Shown: one piece after another, positions 54,170 through 63,357 of the stretch
Numbering within the stretch: position 1 is the first letter of the stretch
Layout of the letters: each line of letters opens with the position of its first letter
NCBI GenBank assembly: GCA_965228895.1
Contig: OZ245842.1
Span: forward strand, 3,072,001 to 3,136,000
Length of the DNA stretch: 64,000 nt
Source: Alphaproteobacteria bacterium
GTDB taxonomy: Bacteria > Pseudomonadota > Alphaproteobacteria > SP197
Reading direction: 5' to 3'
Notes under the pieces: generated by a model
The model's database searches: none
What the model saw: the letters and a program-made list of their open reading frames with translations, nothing else
Told to the model about the DNA's origin: nothing
Program-made: the position numbers and the translations under genes

Positions 54170-54457
54170 ATGTTCGTGGTTTGCCTGCGGTTTTCAGAGA
54201 ACAAGGCATCGGCCCCGGCGCTGATGGACGGCCACAGAGCCTGGATCGAAAAGGGTGTCGCCGACGGCGTGTTTCTTCTGGTTGGAAGCCTGCAGCCGAG
54301 CGCCGGTGGCGCGATCATCGCCCACGGCCTCAGCCGTGACGAAATCGAGAGCCGGGTCGCCGACGATCCGTTCGTCGCGGAGAAGGTTGTCGAAGCGGAA
54401 GTCCTTGAGGTCACACCCAACCGCGCCGATTCCCGCCTCGACTTCCTGATGGGCTGA
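54170..54457 (+). CDS. YciI family protein
   Basis: H..W, GG, DPF; RBS AGGAGG. Confidence 0.85.
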   Translation: MFVVCLRFSENKASAPALMDGHRAWIEKGVADGVFLLVGSLQPSAGGAIIAHGLSRDEIESRVADDPFVAEKVVEAEVLEVTPNRADSRLDFLMG

Positions 54458-54569
54458 CGCCGTTTTCCCAGTAGACAGTCCCGACAATCGCAACAAGACA
54501 TTGACGCGGTGCGGCGGCGGTGCCACCGCTTCCCGTCACAGGTTTGGTGAGAGTTTCGCCTCTCTGCCG

Positions 54570-55058
54570 CTAAGGCAGGGCGAGCCTCTCAAGCCCCGTC
54601 TTATCCAGGCTCATCAACGTCGCGACCGCGTCGTCGCGCGCCGCGCCCAGGCGGTCGTAGAAGCGGTAGGCTTCGGCGTTCTCTACCCAGACTTCCCAGA
54701 AGACGGCCTGGCAGCCGAGATCGAGGGCGTGGCGGGCGACGCCGGCCATCAGCGCCTGGCCGATGCCTCTACCCTTGGTGTCCGGCCCGACCGAGAGATC
54801 GGCGAGGTAGAGTTTGCGCCGGCCGTCGTGAAGCTGGAGCGCGCGGGTCAGGACAGCGACACCGGCGACGTGTTTGTCCATCGTCGCAACCAGCATGTCG
54901 CACCAACGGCTCGGGCCGAAAGCGAGCGGGGCGAGCGTCTCGGGTGTCCAATCCGGCGGCTCGTCATCGACGTGTCGCGCCAAGTGAGCACCGAGCGCGA
55001 TGATGGTGGGCAGGTCGGCGCGGCGGGCGCGGCGAACGTTGGGCTGTGACTTGGTCAT
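54570..55058 (-). CDS. GNAT family N-acetyltransferase
   Basis: DLSV....KGRGIG, NAEA.RFY..LG. Confidence 0.87.
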   Translation of the reverse strand: MTKSQPNVRRARRADLPTIIALGAHLARHVDDEPPDWTPETLAPLAFGPSRWCDMLVATMDKHVAGVAVLTRALQLHDGRRKLYLADLSVGPDTKGRGIGQALMAGVARHALDLGCQAVFWEVWVENAEAYRFYDRLGAARDDAVATLMSLDKTGLERLALP

Positions 55059-55525
55059 GAGGCGCCCTCTCCTGCCAGATCCTTCGCCATATAGACGCGG
55101 GGGAAGCCGCGTTCGGTGCGGCGGTCGGTCTCGACATAGCCGCGCCGGGTGTAGATCTCGATGTTCTCGGTCATCATCTCGTGGGTGTAGAGGTCGAGGC
55201 GGTCGTGGCCGCGCCGGGCGGCCTCGGCCTCGGCGAAGTCCATCAGGCGGCGGCCGAGGCCCGAGCCCTGAGCTTCGGGCGCGACGGCGATGTTGTCGAA
55301 CAGGATCGTGCCGTCCGGCTTTTCGATCAGGACGACCACGCCGCTGATCGTCTGGCCATCGCGCGCGACATGGACGATGTGATCGGCGATGACGGCCGCA
55401 TAATCGTCCAGCATGGGCCCCGGTTTCGTGCCGATCCGCGCGATGTAGGGGGTATAGGCGGCATTGACCACCGCCGTGATGGCGGCGGCGTCCTCGGGTC
55501 TTGCTGGTGAAAGGGTCCACGTCAT
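55055..55525 (-). CDS. GNAT family N-acetyltransferase
   Basis: NIAVAPEAQGSGLG, LYTHE.MTEN..IY. Confidence 0.9.
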   Translation of the reverse strand: MTWTLSPARPEDAAAITAVVNAAYTPYIARIGTKPGPMLDDYAAVIADHIVHVARDGQTISGVVVLIEKPDGTILFDNIAVAPEAQGSGLGRRLMDFAEAEAARRGHDRLDLYTHEMMTENIEIYTRRGYVETDRRTERGFPRVYMAKDLAGEGAS

Positions 55526-55683
55526 GGCCCTAAGCCTATGCCGGAAGCGTGAAACGGGCCATGGCCGCCATGGTTGTCACCGGCCCGCCCGTCGACTAAG
55601 TAACAGGGAGCATTCAGAGACTGCCGCGTTGGGGCTTGGCCCCTGGGTCCAGCCCACGGCGGCCGCCTCATTAAGGAGATATC

Positions 55684-56292
55684 ATGGTTCAACTGCTGAT
55701 GCCCCAGGCGACTGCCGTCTGGCTGGTCGACAACACCACCCTTTCCTTTGGGCAAATCGCCGATTTCTGCGGCATGCATCCCTTGGAAATCCAGGCGATC
55801 GCCGACGGCGAGGTCGCCGTCAATATCGTCGGCCAGGACCCGGTGACCGGCGGGCAGTTGACGCCCGAAGAGGTCGCACGCTGCGAAAAGGACCCGGACG
55901 CCCGGCTCGAGATGCGCCTGCGCGAGGATCTGCCGCAACCCAAGCAGACCAAGAGCCGCTATACGCCGGTCTCCAAGCGCCAGGACAAGCCCGACGCGAT
56001 CGAGTTCCTGGTGCGCCGGTTCCCGCAGTTATCCGATGCCCAGATCATGCGCCTGGTCGGCACCACCAAGCAGACCATCAACGCGGTGCGCGAGCACACC
56101 CACAAGAACAGCGCCAACATCGTGCCCAAGGACCCGGTGCTGCTGGGCCTTTGCAGCCGCGACAAGCTGAACACGGAAATCGACAAGGCGAACGCCAAGG
56201 TCAAGGCCAAGGAATCGGCCATGGAAAAGGCGCGCGCCGAACTGGCCGCCCGCGACGAGGCGGAGATCCAGGCGGGCGACGTCTCGTCCTAG
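55684..56292 (+). CDS. trcR: DUF1013 cell-cycle transcription regulator TrcR
   Basis: LMP.ATAVWLVDNT.L.F.QIADFCG, RYTPVSKRQDKPDAI, DPV.LGLC. Confidence 0.92.
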   Translation: MVQLLMPQATAVWLVDNTTLSFGQIADFCGMHPLEIQAIADGEVAVNIVGQDPVTGGQLTPEEVARCEKDPDARLEMRLREDLPQPKQTKSRYTPVSKRQDKPDAIEFLVRRFPQLSDAQIMRLVGTTKQTINAVREHTHKNSANIVPKDPVLLGLCSRDKLNTEIDKANAKVKAKESAMEKARAELAARDEAEIQAGDVSS

Positions 56293-56304
56293 GATAGCCG
56301 TTCG

Positions 56305-57414
56305 ATGGTTGGCCGCGTTAACGACGGCCAGCCCCCTGCCACCGACGGCATGGGCGGCAAGGGCTATTACGACGACCATTCCAGCGCCCAGAAGGACGGC
56401 ATCCGCAGTCAGGAGGCACGTCTGCGCGGTGCCGTGCGCGCGCTCGACCTGAATGGTCAGGAACTGCGCGTCATCGACTACGGCTGCGGGCCCGGCCGCA
56501 ATTCCATGACCGCGTTTCATACGGTCCTGGCCGAAGTGCGGCAGCGCCGGCCCGACATTCATGTTGTCGCCATGCACAACGATCAGATCGGCAACGATTG
56601 GAACGATCTGTTCGCCAACGTGCGCGGACCCGACGGTTATCTGGACGACATCGAGACCATTCGTGTCGAGGCGGCGGTCGGCAGTTTCTTTGGTCCCGTG
56701 GCAAGCCCAGGCGTGATCGACTTCGGTATGTCGTTTGCCGCCGCCCATTGGCTCGATAGCGCGGTCCGGATGCCCGCGCCCGGCAGCCTCTTTTTCTGCG
56801 ATCTGCCGGAACCGGTCAGAAGTGACATCGCGGCAATGGCCGGGCGCAACTGGTCGGTGTTCCTGAAACAGCGTGCCCGCGAACTCAAACCCGGCGGCAT
56901 GCTGGTGATCGACATGCTGTCGGCGGTCGAGGACGCGAGCGACCCGAGCGGCGTCGCGGCCGCCGGCGCCGGTCTCTATCGCGCCATGGGAGAGATCGCC
57001 AACGGCCTTGCCGCGGAAGGCCGCATCGATCGCGGCGCCCTCGATAACTTCATCTTCCCGGTCTACTTCCGTCTGACCGGTGAGATACGCGCGCCGCTTG
57101 TCGATGACGCCGAACTGAAGAACGCCTTCGAGGTCATCGAACTGAGCAACGACCTTCTACCGATGCCGACCGAGGAAGCGCTCAAGCAGACAGGCGACGC
57201 GGCGACCTATGCCAAGGCCTATGCCGGTTTTGCCCGCGCGTTCGCCGAAGCGACGTTGAATGCCGGCCTGTTCACGCTATCGACAGCGAACGAGACCGAG
57301 GCCAAGGCCCTGGCCGATACGTTTTTCCAACGCCTTGAAACCCTGTTCGCGACCGAACCCGACAAACACCGCTTCGACCACCGTGTCGCCACGTTGGTGT
57401 TGAGACGTCTGTGA
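56305..57414 (+). CDS. SABATH-family (Methyltransf_7) SAM-dependent carboxyl methyltransferase, copy 1
   Basis: MGG.GYY..HS..Q, DYGCGPGRNS, NDQ..NDWNDLF, GSFF, SF...HWL, RARELKPGG, FPVYFR. Confidence 0.88.
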   Translation: MVGRVNDGQPPATDGMGGKGYYDDHSSAQKDGIRSQEARLRGAVRALDLNGQELRVIDYGCGPGRNSMTAFHTVLAEVRQRRPDIHVVAMHNDQIGNDWNDLFANVRGPDGYLDDIETIRVEAAVGSFFGPVASPGVIDFGMSFAAAHWLDSAVRMPAPGSLFFCDLPEPVRSDIAAMAGRNWSVFLKQRARELKPGGMLVIDMLSAVEDASDPSGVAAAGAGLYRAMGEIANGLAAEGRIDRGALDNFIFPVYFRLTGEIRAPLVDDAELKNAFEVIELSNDLLPMPTEEALKQTGDAATYAKAYAGFARAFAEATLNAGLFTLSTANETEAKALADTFFQRLETLFATEPDKHRFDHRVATLVLRRL

Positions 57415-58526
57415 CGTCGGGAAGCGGCATAGGCGATCGCGATGCCTCGGCCACCGAAGGTATGGGCGGCGACGGTTACTACGACAACCATTCGCAGGTT
57501 CAAAGAGGCACGGTCATCGGACAAGCCGAGCGATTGCGCAACGCCGTGCGCCAACTCGAGCTGACGGCGGGTGGACTGCGTATCGTTGATTACGGCTGCG
57601 GTCCCGGCCGCAACTCCATGGCTGCGTTCGATACGGTGTTAAACGAAGTCGGGAAACATCGGCCCGACGTACCGGTCGTCGCCGTGCACAACGATCAGGC
57701 CGGCAATGACTGGAACGACCTGTTCGCCAACATCCGAGGGCCCGATGGGTATCTGCGCGATCACCCCTCCGTCCGCGTCGAGGCGTCCGTCGGTAGTTTC
57801 TATGAACCCGTTGCTAGCGCCGGCCAGGTTGATCTCGGTATGTCGTTCATGGCCGTTCACTGGCTCAACGGCACCGTCCGCATGTCGTCGCCCGGCACAC
57901 TGTTCTTCTGCGATGTCGAAGGACCAGCGCGAAAGGAACTTGCCGAGCGCGCCGAGCGCGACTGGGCAGCGTTCTTTACCGCGCGGGCCAGCGAGATAAG
58001 GTCCGGCGGCTGGCTGGTCATCGAGAGCCTGTCGTCAGTACCGGATCCCGACGACCCCAGCGGCTTGCTGGCGGCGGGTCGATGGAACTATCGCGCCTGC
58101 TACCGGATCGCCAAAGCGATGGCTGAGGAAGGTCTGATCCAAAACGATCTGCTCGATCATTTCGTCTTCCCCGTCTACTTCCGTGAAGAGCACGAGGTGT
58201 GCGCGCCGTTCGAGCGCGATGGTGATCTTAGAGACGTTTTCGAGATCGTCGAGGTTGTCAATGAGCTCTACGCGACGCCGTTCGAAGAAACCTTCAAACA
58301 GGACGGCGATGCCGCGGCGTATGCATCGGCCTATGTCGGATACGTCCGCGCTTACTCAGAGTCCACGCTGCGCAGCAGCCTATTCGGGGGATTGGCAAAC
58401 AGCGTAGACGAGGTCAACGCGTTGACAGAGACGTTCTACGATCGCCTGGAACAACTGTATCGAGACGAACCGGGCCGCCACCCATCGGAAACCCAGTCGA
58501 TGACCCTGGTGCTGCGGCGGCGATGA
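57411..58526 (+). CDS. SABATH-family methyltransferase, copy 2
   Basis: Same motifs; GTGA start/stop overlap with copy 1. Confidence 0.88.
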   Translation: MTSGSGIGDRDASATEGMGGDGYYDNHSQVQRGTVIGQAERLRNAVRQLELTAGGLRIVDYGCGPGRNSMAAFDTVLNEVGKHRPDVPVVAVHNDQAGNDWNDLFANIRGPDGYLRDHPSVRVEASVGSFYEPVASAGQVDLGMSFMAVHWLNGTVRMSSPGTLFFCDVEGPARKELAERAERDWAAFFTARASEIRSGGWLVIESLSSVPDPDDPSGLLAAGRWNYRACYRIAKAMAEEGLIQNDLLDHFVFPVYFREEHEVCAPFERDGDLRDVFEIVEVVNELYATPFEETFKQDGDAAAYASAYVGYVRAYSESTLRSSLFGGLANSVDEVNALTETFYDRLEQLYRDEPGRHPSETQSMTLVLRRR

Positions 58527-59638
58527 CCACAGCCGCCGACGACAAACCGCCACGCACACAGGCCACCGACGGGATGGGCGGTCAGGGCTTTTACGACGGC
58601 CACTCGCGCGAGCAGGCCAAGGTGATCAGGGGTGAAGCCGATCGCCTGCACCACGTGGCGGCGCAGCTTGATGCGTCGGGCCCGGAACTGCGCATCGTCG
58701 ACTATGGTTGCGGGCCCGGCCGCAATTCGATGAAGGCGTTTCACACAGTGCTCGACACGGTGCGGCGGAACAAAACCGACTTGCCCATCGTCGCGGTCCA
58801 CAACGATCAGGTCAGCAACGACTGGAACGATCTTTTCGCCAACGTCAGGGGACCGGGCGGTTATCTGCGCGGCGATCCCTACGTTCGTGTCGAAGCCTCG
58901 ATCGGCAGCTTCTACGACAGTGTCGCAAGCGATGGCACCGTCGACCTCGGCATGTCGTTTGTTGCGGCCCACTGGCTTAGCAACGTTGTCCGCCTGTCCA
59001 CACCGGGAACGCTGTTCTTCGCCGATCTGACCGGGCAGGCGCGCCAAGAGATGGCCGCTCATGCCGACAAGGACTGGACATCATTCCTGCGTCATCGCGC
59101 GCAGGAGATCAAACCGGGCGGCTGGCTCGTTGTGCACGTGTTTTCGTCGGTGCCGGACACTGATGATCCCAGCGGCTTGCGGGCCGCGGGCCGCCATCTG
59201 TTCCGTGCGTTCTGGCGGATCGCCGATGGCATGGCCGGCGACGGTATGATCGACCGGGACCTGCTCGACAGGTTCGTCTTCCCCGTTTACTTCCGCGAAG
59301 AAGATGAGGTGCGCGCACCGCTTGAACGCGAGCAGGACCTTTGCCAAGCGTTCGACATTGTCGAACTCAGCAGCGAACTCATCCCTTCTCCCGCCCTGGA
59401 AGAGCTTGATCGAACCGGCGACGTCAGCGCTTATGCGGTTTCCTATGCCCAACACTGCCGGGCCTTTACGGAGTCGGCGTTCAGCAATGGCTTGTTTGCG
59501 GTGACGGCGTCGAGCCCGGCCGAAGCCGATCGTCTGGTCGATGACTTCTATGGTCGGCTCGAAACCCTGTTTCACGACGAACCCCGCGCGCATGACTCCG
59601 AACTCCAATCGATGACACTGGTGCTGAGGCGGCGGTAG
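58523..59638 (+). CDS. SABATH-family methyltransferase, copy 3
   Basis: Same motifs; ATGA overlap with copy 2. Confidence 0.88.
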   Translation: MTTAADDKPPRTQATDGMGGQGFYDGHSREQAKVIRGEADRLHHVAAQLDASGPELRIVDYGCGPGRNSMKAFHTVLDTVRRNKTDLPIVAVHNDQVSNDWNDLFANVRGPGGYLRGDPYVRVEASIGSFYDSVASDGTVDLGMSFVAAHWLSNVVRLSTPGTLFFADLTGQARQEMAAHADKDWTSFLRHRAQEIKPGGWLVVHVFSSVPDTDDPSGLRAAGRHLFRAFWRIADGMAGDGMIDRDLLDRFVFPVYFREEDEVRAPLEREQDLCQAFDIVELSSELIPSPALEELDRTGDVSAYAVSYAQHCRAFTESAFSNGLFAVTASSPAEADRLVDDFYGRLETLFHDEPRAHDSELQSMTLVLRRR

Positions 59639-59670
59639 TCTAGAACCGGCAAAAGGGAGCGCAGACATCC

Positions 59671-60777
59671 ATGGCAACCGGCACCGACAATGGCAGCAAA
59701 GCGACCGACGGCATGGGCGGCGAAGGCTATTACGACAGCCATTCGGCGATCCAGGCGGGCGCCGTCGAACAACAGGCGGCACGACTGCGCCGCGCCGTCG
59801 CGGCGCTGAATCTCGACGGGCCGGAACTCACCATCATTGATTACGGTTGCGGTCCCGGCCGCAATTCGATGGCGGCGTTTCGCGCGGTGCTCGACGAGGT
59901 TCGCCAGCGCCGGGCCGACCTGCCCATCGTCGCCGTGCACACCGATCAGATCAGCAACGATTGGAACGACCTGGTCGCGAACATCCAGGGGCCTGGCGGT
60001 TATCTGAACGATGTCGAGGGTGTGCGCGTCGTTGTTTCGGCCGGCAGCTTTTTCGACACCGTCGCCAGCGATCATTCGATCGACCTCGGCATGTCGTTCA
60101 TGGCCTCACACTGGCTCGACGGTCCCATCAGCCTGCCCTCACCCGGCACGCTCTTCTTCGCCGACATGACGGGCACGGCACGCGAGGAGGTCGCGGCCAT
60201 CGCCGACGAGCACTGGACGCGCTTCATGCACCACCGTGCGCGCGAGGTCAAACCGGGCGGCTGGCTTGTCTTCGAAGCGATGTCGGCGATCAAAGACCCC
60301 ACCGACCGGAGCGGCCTCGCCGCCGGCGGCCACCGTCTTTACCGCGCCTTCTGGCAAATCGCCGACGGCATGGCGCAGGAGGGGCTGGTCGAGCGCGCCC
60401 ATCTCGACGCCTTTGTCTTCCCGATCTATTTCCGCGAGCTCCATGAGATCCGTGCGCCGCTGGAACGCGAAGCCGACCTGAAGGCCGCGTTCGAGATCGT
60501 CGAATTGGAAAGCGAGCTGATCCCCAACCCCTATGTGGAGGCGTGGCGCCGCGACGGTGACGATACGGCTTATGCCAAAGCCTATGCCGCATTCGCGCGC
60601 GGCTTTTCGGAGTCCGCCTTCCGCAACGGGCTGTTCAACCTGTCGGCCAATTCCGACAACAGCGCCGATGCCCTGACCGAGACGTTCTACACGCGCCTTG
60701 AAGACGTGTTCCGCGCCGAACCCGGCGACCACATCTTCGACAACCACTCGATGACGCTGGTGCTAAGGCGGCGTTAA
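59671..60777 (+). CDS. SABATH-family methyltransferase, copy 4
   Basis: Same motifs; RBS AAGGGAG. Confidence 0.88.
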   Translation: MATGTDNGSKATDGMGGEGYYDSHSAIQAGAVEQQAARLRRAVAALNLDGPELTIIDYGCGPGRNSMAAFRAVLDEVRQRRADLPIVAVHTDQISNDWNDLVANIQGPGGYLNDVEGVRVVVSAGSFFDTVASDHSIDLGMSFMASHWLDGPISLPSPGTLFFADMTGTAREEVAAIADEHWTRFMHHRAREVKPGGWLVFEAMSAIKDPTDRSGLAAGGHRLYRAFWQIADGMAQEGLVERAHLDAFVFPIYFRELHEIRAPLEREADLKAAFEIVELESELIPNPYVEAWRRDGDDTAYAKAYAAFARGFSESAFRNGLFNLSANSDNSADALTETFYTRLEDVFRAEPGDHIFDNHSMTLVLRRR

Positions 60778-61628
60778 ACGTACGCCATATCGTACGCGTC
60801 CTGCCGCCTGACCACGTGACCGATCGACGGCAGCGGGAAGTGGATGGTCATGACCTTCGTGTCGGTCTCACAGTGTGTATCGAGAAAACGCCGGCGCGTC
60901 GCGCGTGATTGTTCGATGTCGTAGTCGAAATGCGGACTCCAGTCGGGTTGGGCGAGCTGCAGGGGGCTGTGAATGAGGTCGCCGGTGACGACGCCGTGGG
61001 CCGATCCCGATTTCAGGTGGACGGCGACGTGGCCCGCCGTGTGGCCCAGCGTCGGTTCGAGCCACACCTCGTCGTCCAGCGCGTAGTCGGTGTCGACCAG
61101 CACGGCCTGCTTGGCGTCGAGCACCGGCTGCACGTTTTCGGCGAAGACGGCCGTGCCCTCGTCAGCGGCGGCGGCGACTTCGTCACGTGCCAGGATGTAT
61201 TTGGCGTTGGGAAATGTCGGCACCCAACGCCCGTCGACGAGACGCGTGTTCCAGCCTGAGTGGTCGAGATGCAGGTGCGTACAGAAGACGAAGTCGATCT
61301 CTTCGGGCGCAACACCGGTCGCCACGAGATTGCGCAGCCAGGTCTCGTCGCGCCGGTCCTGCCATGCAGGAATGCCGTCATAGGACTTGCGGCAGCCAAC
61401 GCAGGTGTCGATCAGGATGGTGTGGTGGCGCGTGCGCACCAGATAAGACTGGACGGTCAGCAGCATCTCGCCGGTCTTGGGATCGAGCGCGTCGGGTTCC
61501 AGCCAGGACCGGTAGGGTTCGACCGCGTCGGGCGTCGCCTCGTGAAAGAAGTCCGGCAGCACGAACGGCGCCTTCTCCATTTCGATGACGCGATCGATGG
61601 CGATCTCGCCCAAATTCAGCGTTGTCAA
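60774..61628 (-). CDS. MBL-fold metallo-hydrolase
   Basis: THLHLDHSGWN, GHTAGH, GDLIH, HFP; TTG start with GGGGAGGGG. Confidence 0.9.
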   Translation of the reverse strand: MTTLNLGEIAIDRVIEMEKAPFVLPDFFHEATPDAVEPYRSWLEPDALDPKTGEMLLTVQSYLVRTRHHTILIDTCVGCRKSYDGIPAWQDRRDETWLRNLVATGVAPEEIDFVFCTHLHLDHSGWNTRLVDGRWVPTFPNAKYILARDEVAAAADEGTAVFAENVQPVLDAKQAVLVDTDYALDDEVWLEPTLGHTAGHVAVHLKSGSAHGVVTGDLIHSPLQLAQPDWSPHFDYDIEQSRATRRRFLDTHCETDTKVMTIHFPLPSIGHVVRRQDAYDMAYV

Positions 61629-61677
61629 AGGCCCCTCCCCTGACGCGTTGTCGAAGCGATGATGCTGTCGTCGTCGC

Positions 61678-62262
61678 TCAGTCGGCCTCACCGCCCTCTG
61701 CGGTTTCCGGTAGCATGTGTCGTTTGATGAGCCCGATCTGGCACATGCCGAACGCCATGGTCAGTAAGACGATGCCGAAGGTCTTGAACCCGACCCAGAT
61801 ATCGGTCGACTGGGTGCGCCACACCACCTCGTTAATACCGGCCATGACCAGAAAGAAGATCGCGAAGCGCATCGAAAGCTTGCGCCAGCCGTCATCGTCC
61901 AATTGCAGCGCCGCGCCCATCAGCGGTTTCAGCAACGACTTGCCCATCAGCAGGCCGCCGAACAGCACGGCAGCAAACAGCGCCTGGATAATTGTCGGCT
62001 TGAGTTTGATGAAGGTCTCGTCGTTCAGCCACAAGGTCAGTCCGCCGAAGATGCCGACGATGATTGCGGTGACCAGCGGCAGCATCGGGATGTGGCGCGC
62101 GATAGCGTAGGAAAGCGCCAGGGCGATGCCGGTCGCGGTCATCAAGGCGGCGGTCGCCACCATCAGATCGCCGAGCACATAGGCAACGACAAAGACGACC
62201 AGCGGGCCGTATTCGGTGACCGGCTTCAGCCAGGCCGGTTGTTTTGGTTTTTCTTGCGTCAT
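61678..62262 (-). CDS. ispZ: intracellular septation protein A (YciB)
   Basis: FGGLTLWLND..FIK.KPTI, NE.VWR, WV.FK.FG. Confidence 0.93.
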   Translation of the reverse strand: MTQEKPKQPAWLKPVTEYGPLVVFVVAYVLGDLMVATAALMTATGIALALSYAIARHIPMLPLVTAIIVGIFGGLTLWLNDETFIKLKPTIIQALFAAVLFGGLLMGKSLLKPLMGAALQLDDDGWRKLSMRFAIFFLVMAGINEVVWRTQSTDIWVGFKTFGIVLLTMAFGMCQIGLIKRHMLPETAEGGEAD

Positions 62263-62318
62263 GGTCCGCACAATATTGGAGACTGGGGCGTCGCGGGCAA
62301 GGATTGATCAGCCCACGA

Positions 62319-63245
62319 TTACGTCACCCGAAGGTTGGGCATGATCTCCTGGCACCACAGCGACAGGTGGTCGGCGACGAAGAAGCCCGGTGATCCGCCG
62401 TGTTCGTCTGGCCTGGTGGCCGCCCACCAGACGATGTCGCATGTCTTGCCGTCGAGCGGCAGAACGGCCACCTGTCCGCCGCGCCGCAGGGTTTCAGCGT
62501 CACGCGCGCCGACCAGGCTAATACCCAGGCCCGCCGCGACATAAGCCAGCACGCCGTCGGCCGATGCCGCCTTCAGCACCTGCGCCGGGGCAACGTCGGC
62601 GTCCGACAACAACGCCTGATGGGCAATGCTGCGCTCGAAGACCGGGGCGGCACTGACATAGGTTTCGCCTGCGATCATATCCGCATCGAATGCCTGTTGC
62701 GCCGCCAGCGCGTGATCGGCAGGCACGATGGCGACCAGGGTGTCGCGAAAGAGTTCGAAGTTCTGCCGGCCCGCGGGTTTTGCCGCGCCGTGACCGATGA
62801 CGACATCGGCTGTACCGCGCGCCAGCGCCTCGGCTGGTGTGTGCAGCGCGGCAGGCACCAGGTCGATCGTGATCTCACCGTTACGTTCGGCCAAGAACCT
62901 GACGAAGGACGGCAGCCAGGACGGGCACAGGCGATCGGCAACGCCGACCCTGACGACATAATGGATGCCGCCGGCGAAACGGTGGACGTCGTGCTCGGCG
63001 CGCGCCAGTTCGTCCAGCACGCGCCGCGCCGACGGCAGCAGGCGTTCGGCGGACGGCGTCATGCGCAGGCGCTTACCCCGCCCCTTGACGAACAACGGCG
63101 CCCCCAGCCTGCGCTCAGCCTCGCGCAGGCGGTAGGTCAGCGCCGGTTGGGTGACGCCAAGATCCTGGGCCGCGTTGTTCAGGCTGCCGCTGTCGGCAAC
63201 CGCGACGAGCAGCTCCAGATGGGGCACATCGAGCGCAGTGGGCAT
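62319..63245 (-). CDS. LysR family transcriptional regulator
   Basis: GSL..AA..LGVTQPALT HTH. Confidence 0.92.
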   Translation of the reverse strand: MPTALDVPHLELLVAVADSGSLNNAAQDLGVTQPALTYRLREAERRLGAPLFVKGRGKRLRMTPSAERLLPSARRVLDELARAEHDVHRFAGGIHYVVRVGVADRLCPSWLPSFVRFLAERNGEITIDLVPAALHTPAEALARGTADVVIGHGAAKPAGRQNFELFRDTLVAIVPADHALAAQQAFDADMIAGETYVSAAPVFERSIAHQALLSDADVAPAQVLKAASADGVLAYVAAGLGISLVGARDAETLRRGGQVAVLPLDGKTCDIVWWAATRPDEHGGSPGFFVADHLSLWCQEIMPNLRVT

Positions 63246-63255
63246 ACCCCACGTT

Positions 63256-63270
63256 ATCAGGAATACTGAT
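63256..63270. promoter_or_regulatory. LysR recognition box (T-N11-A)
   Basis: ATCAG-GAATA-CTGAT perfect inverted repeat in an AT-rich divergent promoter. Confidence 0.7.
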
Positions 63271-63357
63271 TATTTCTTATTAAATTTCGATTAGAAACAG
63301 CGAGGCTGCCGGCCCTAGCTTTCGTTCCAACGGCGGAACCGAAAGCTGGAAGTCATC

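Noticed and set aside
54570-55520. 316-aa ORF suggesting a fusion
   Set aside because: The upstream half is an alternative frame of the neighbouring GNAT; the real gene starts at 55058 with an ATGA overlap
60774-61628. MBL gene as a beta-lactamase
   Set aside because: No signal peptide; HLHLDH.GWN type matches generic cytoplasmic hydrolases
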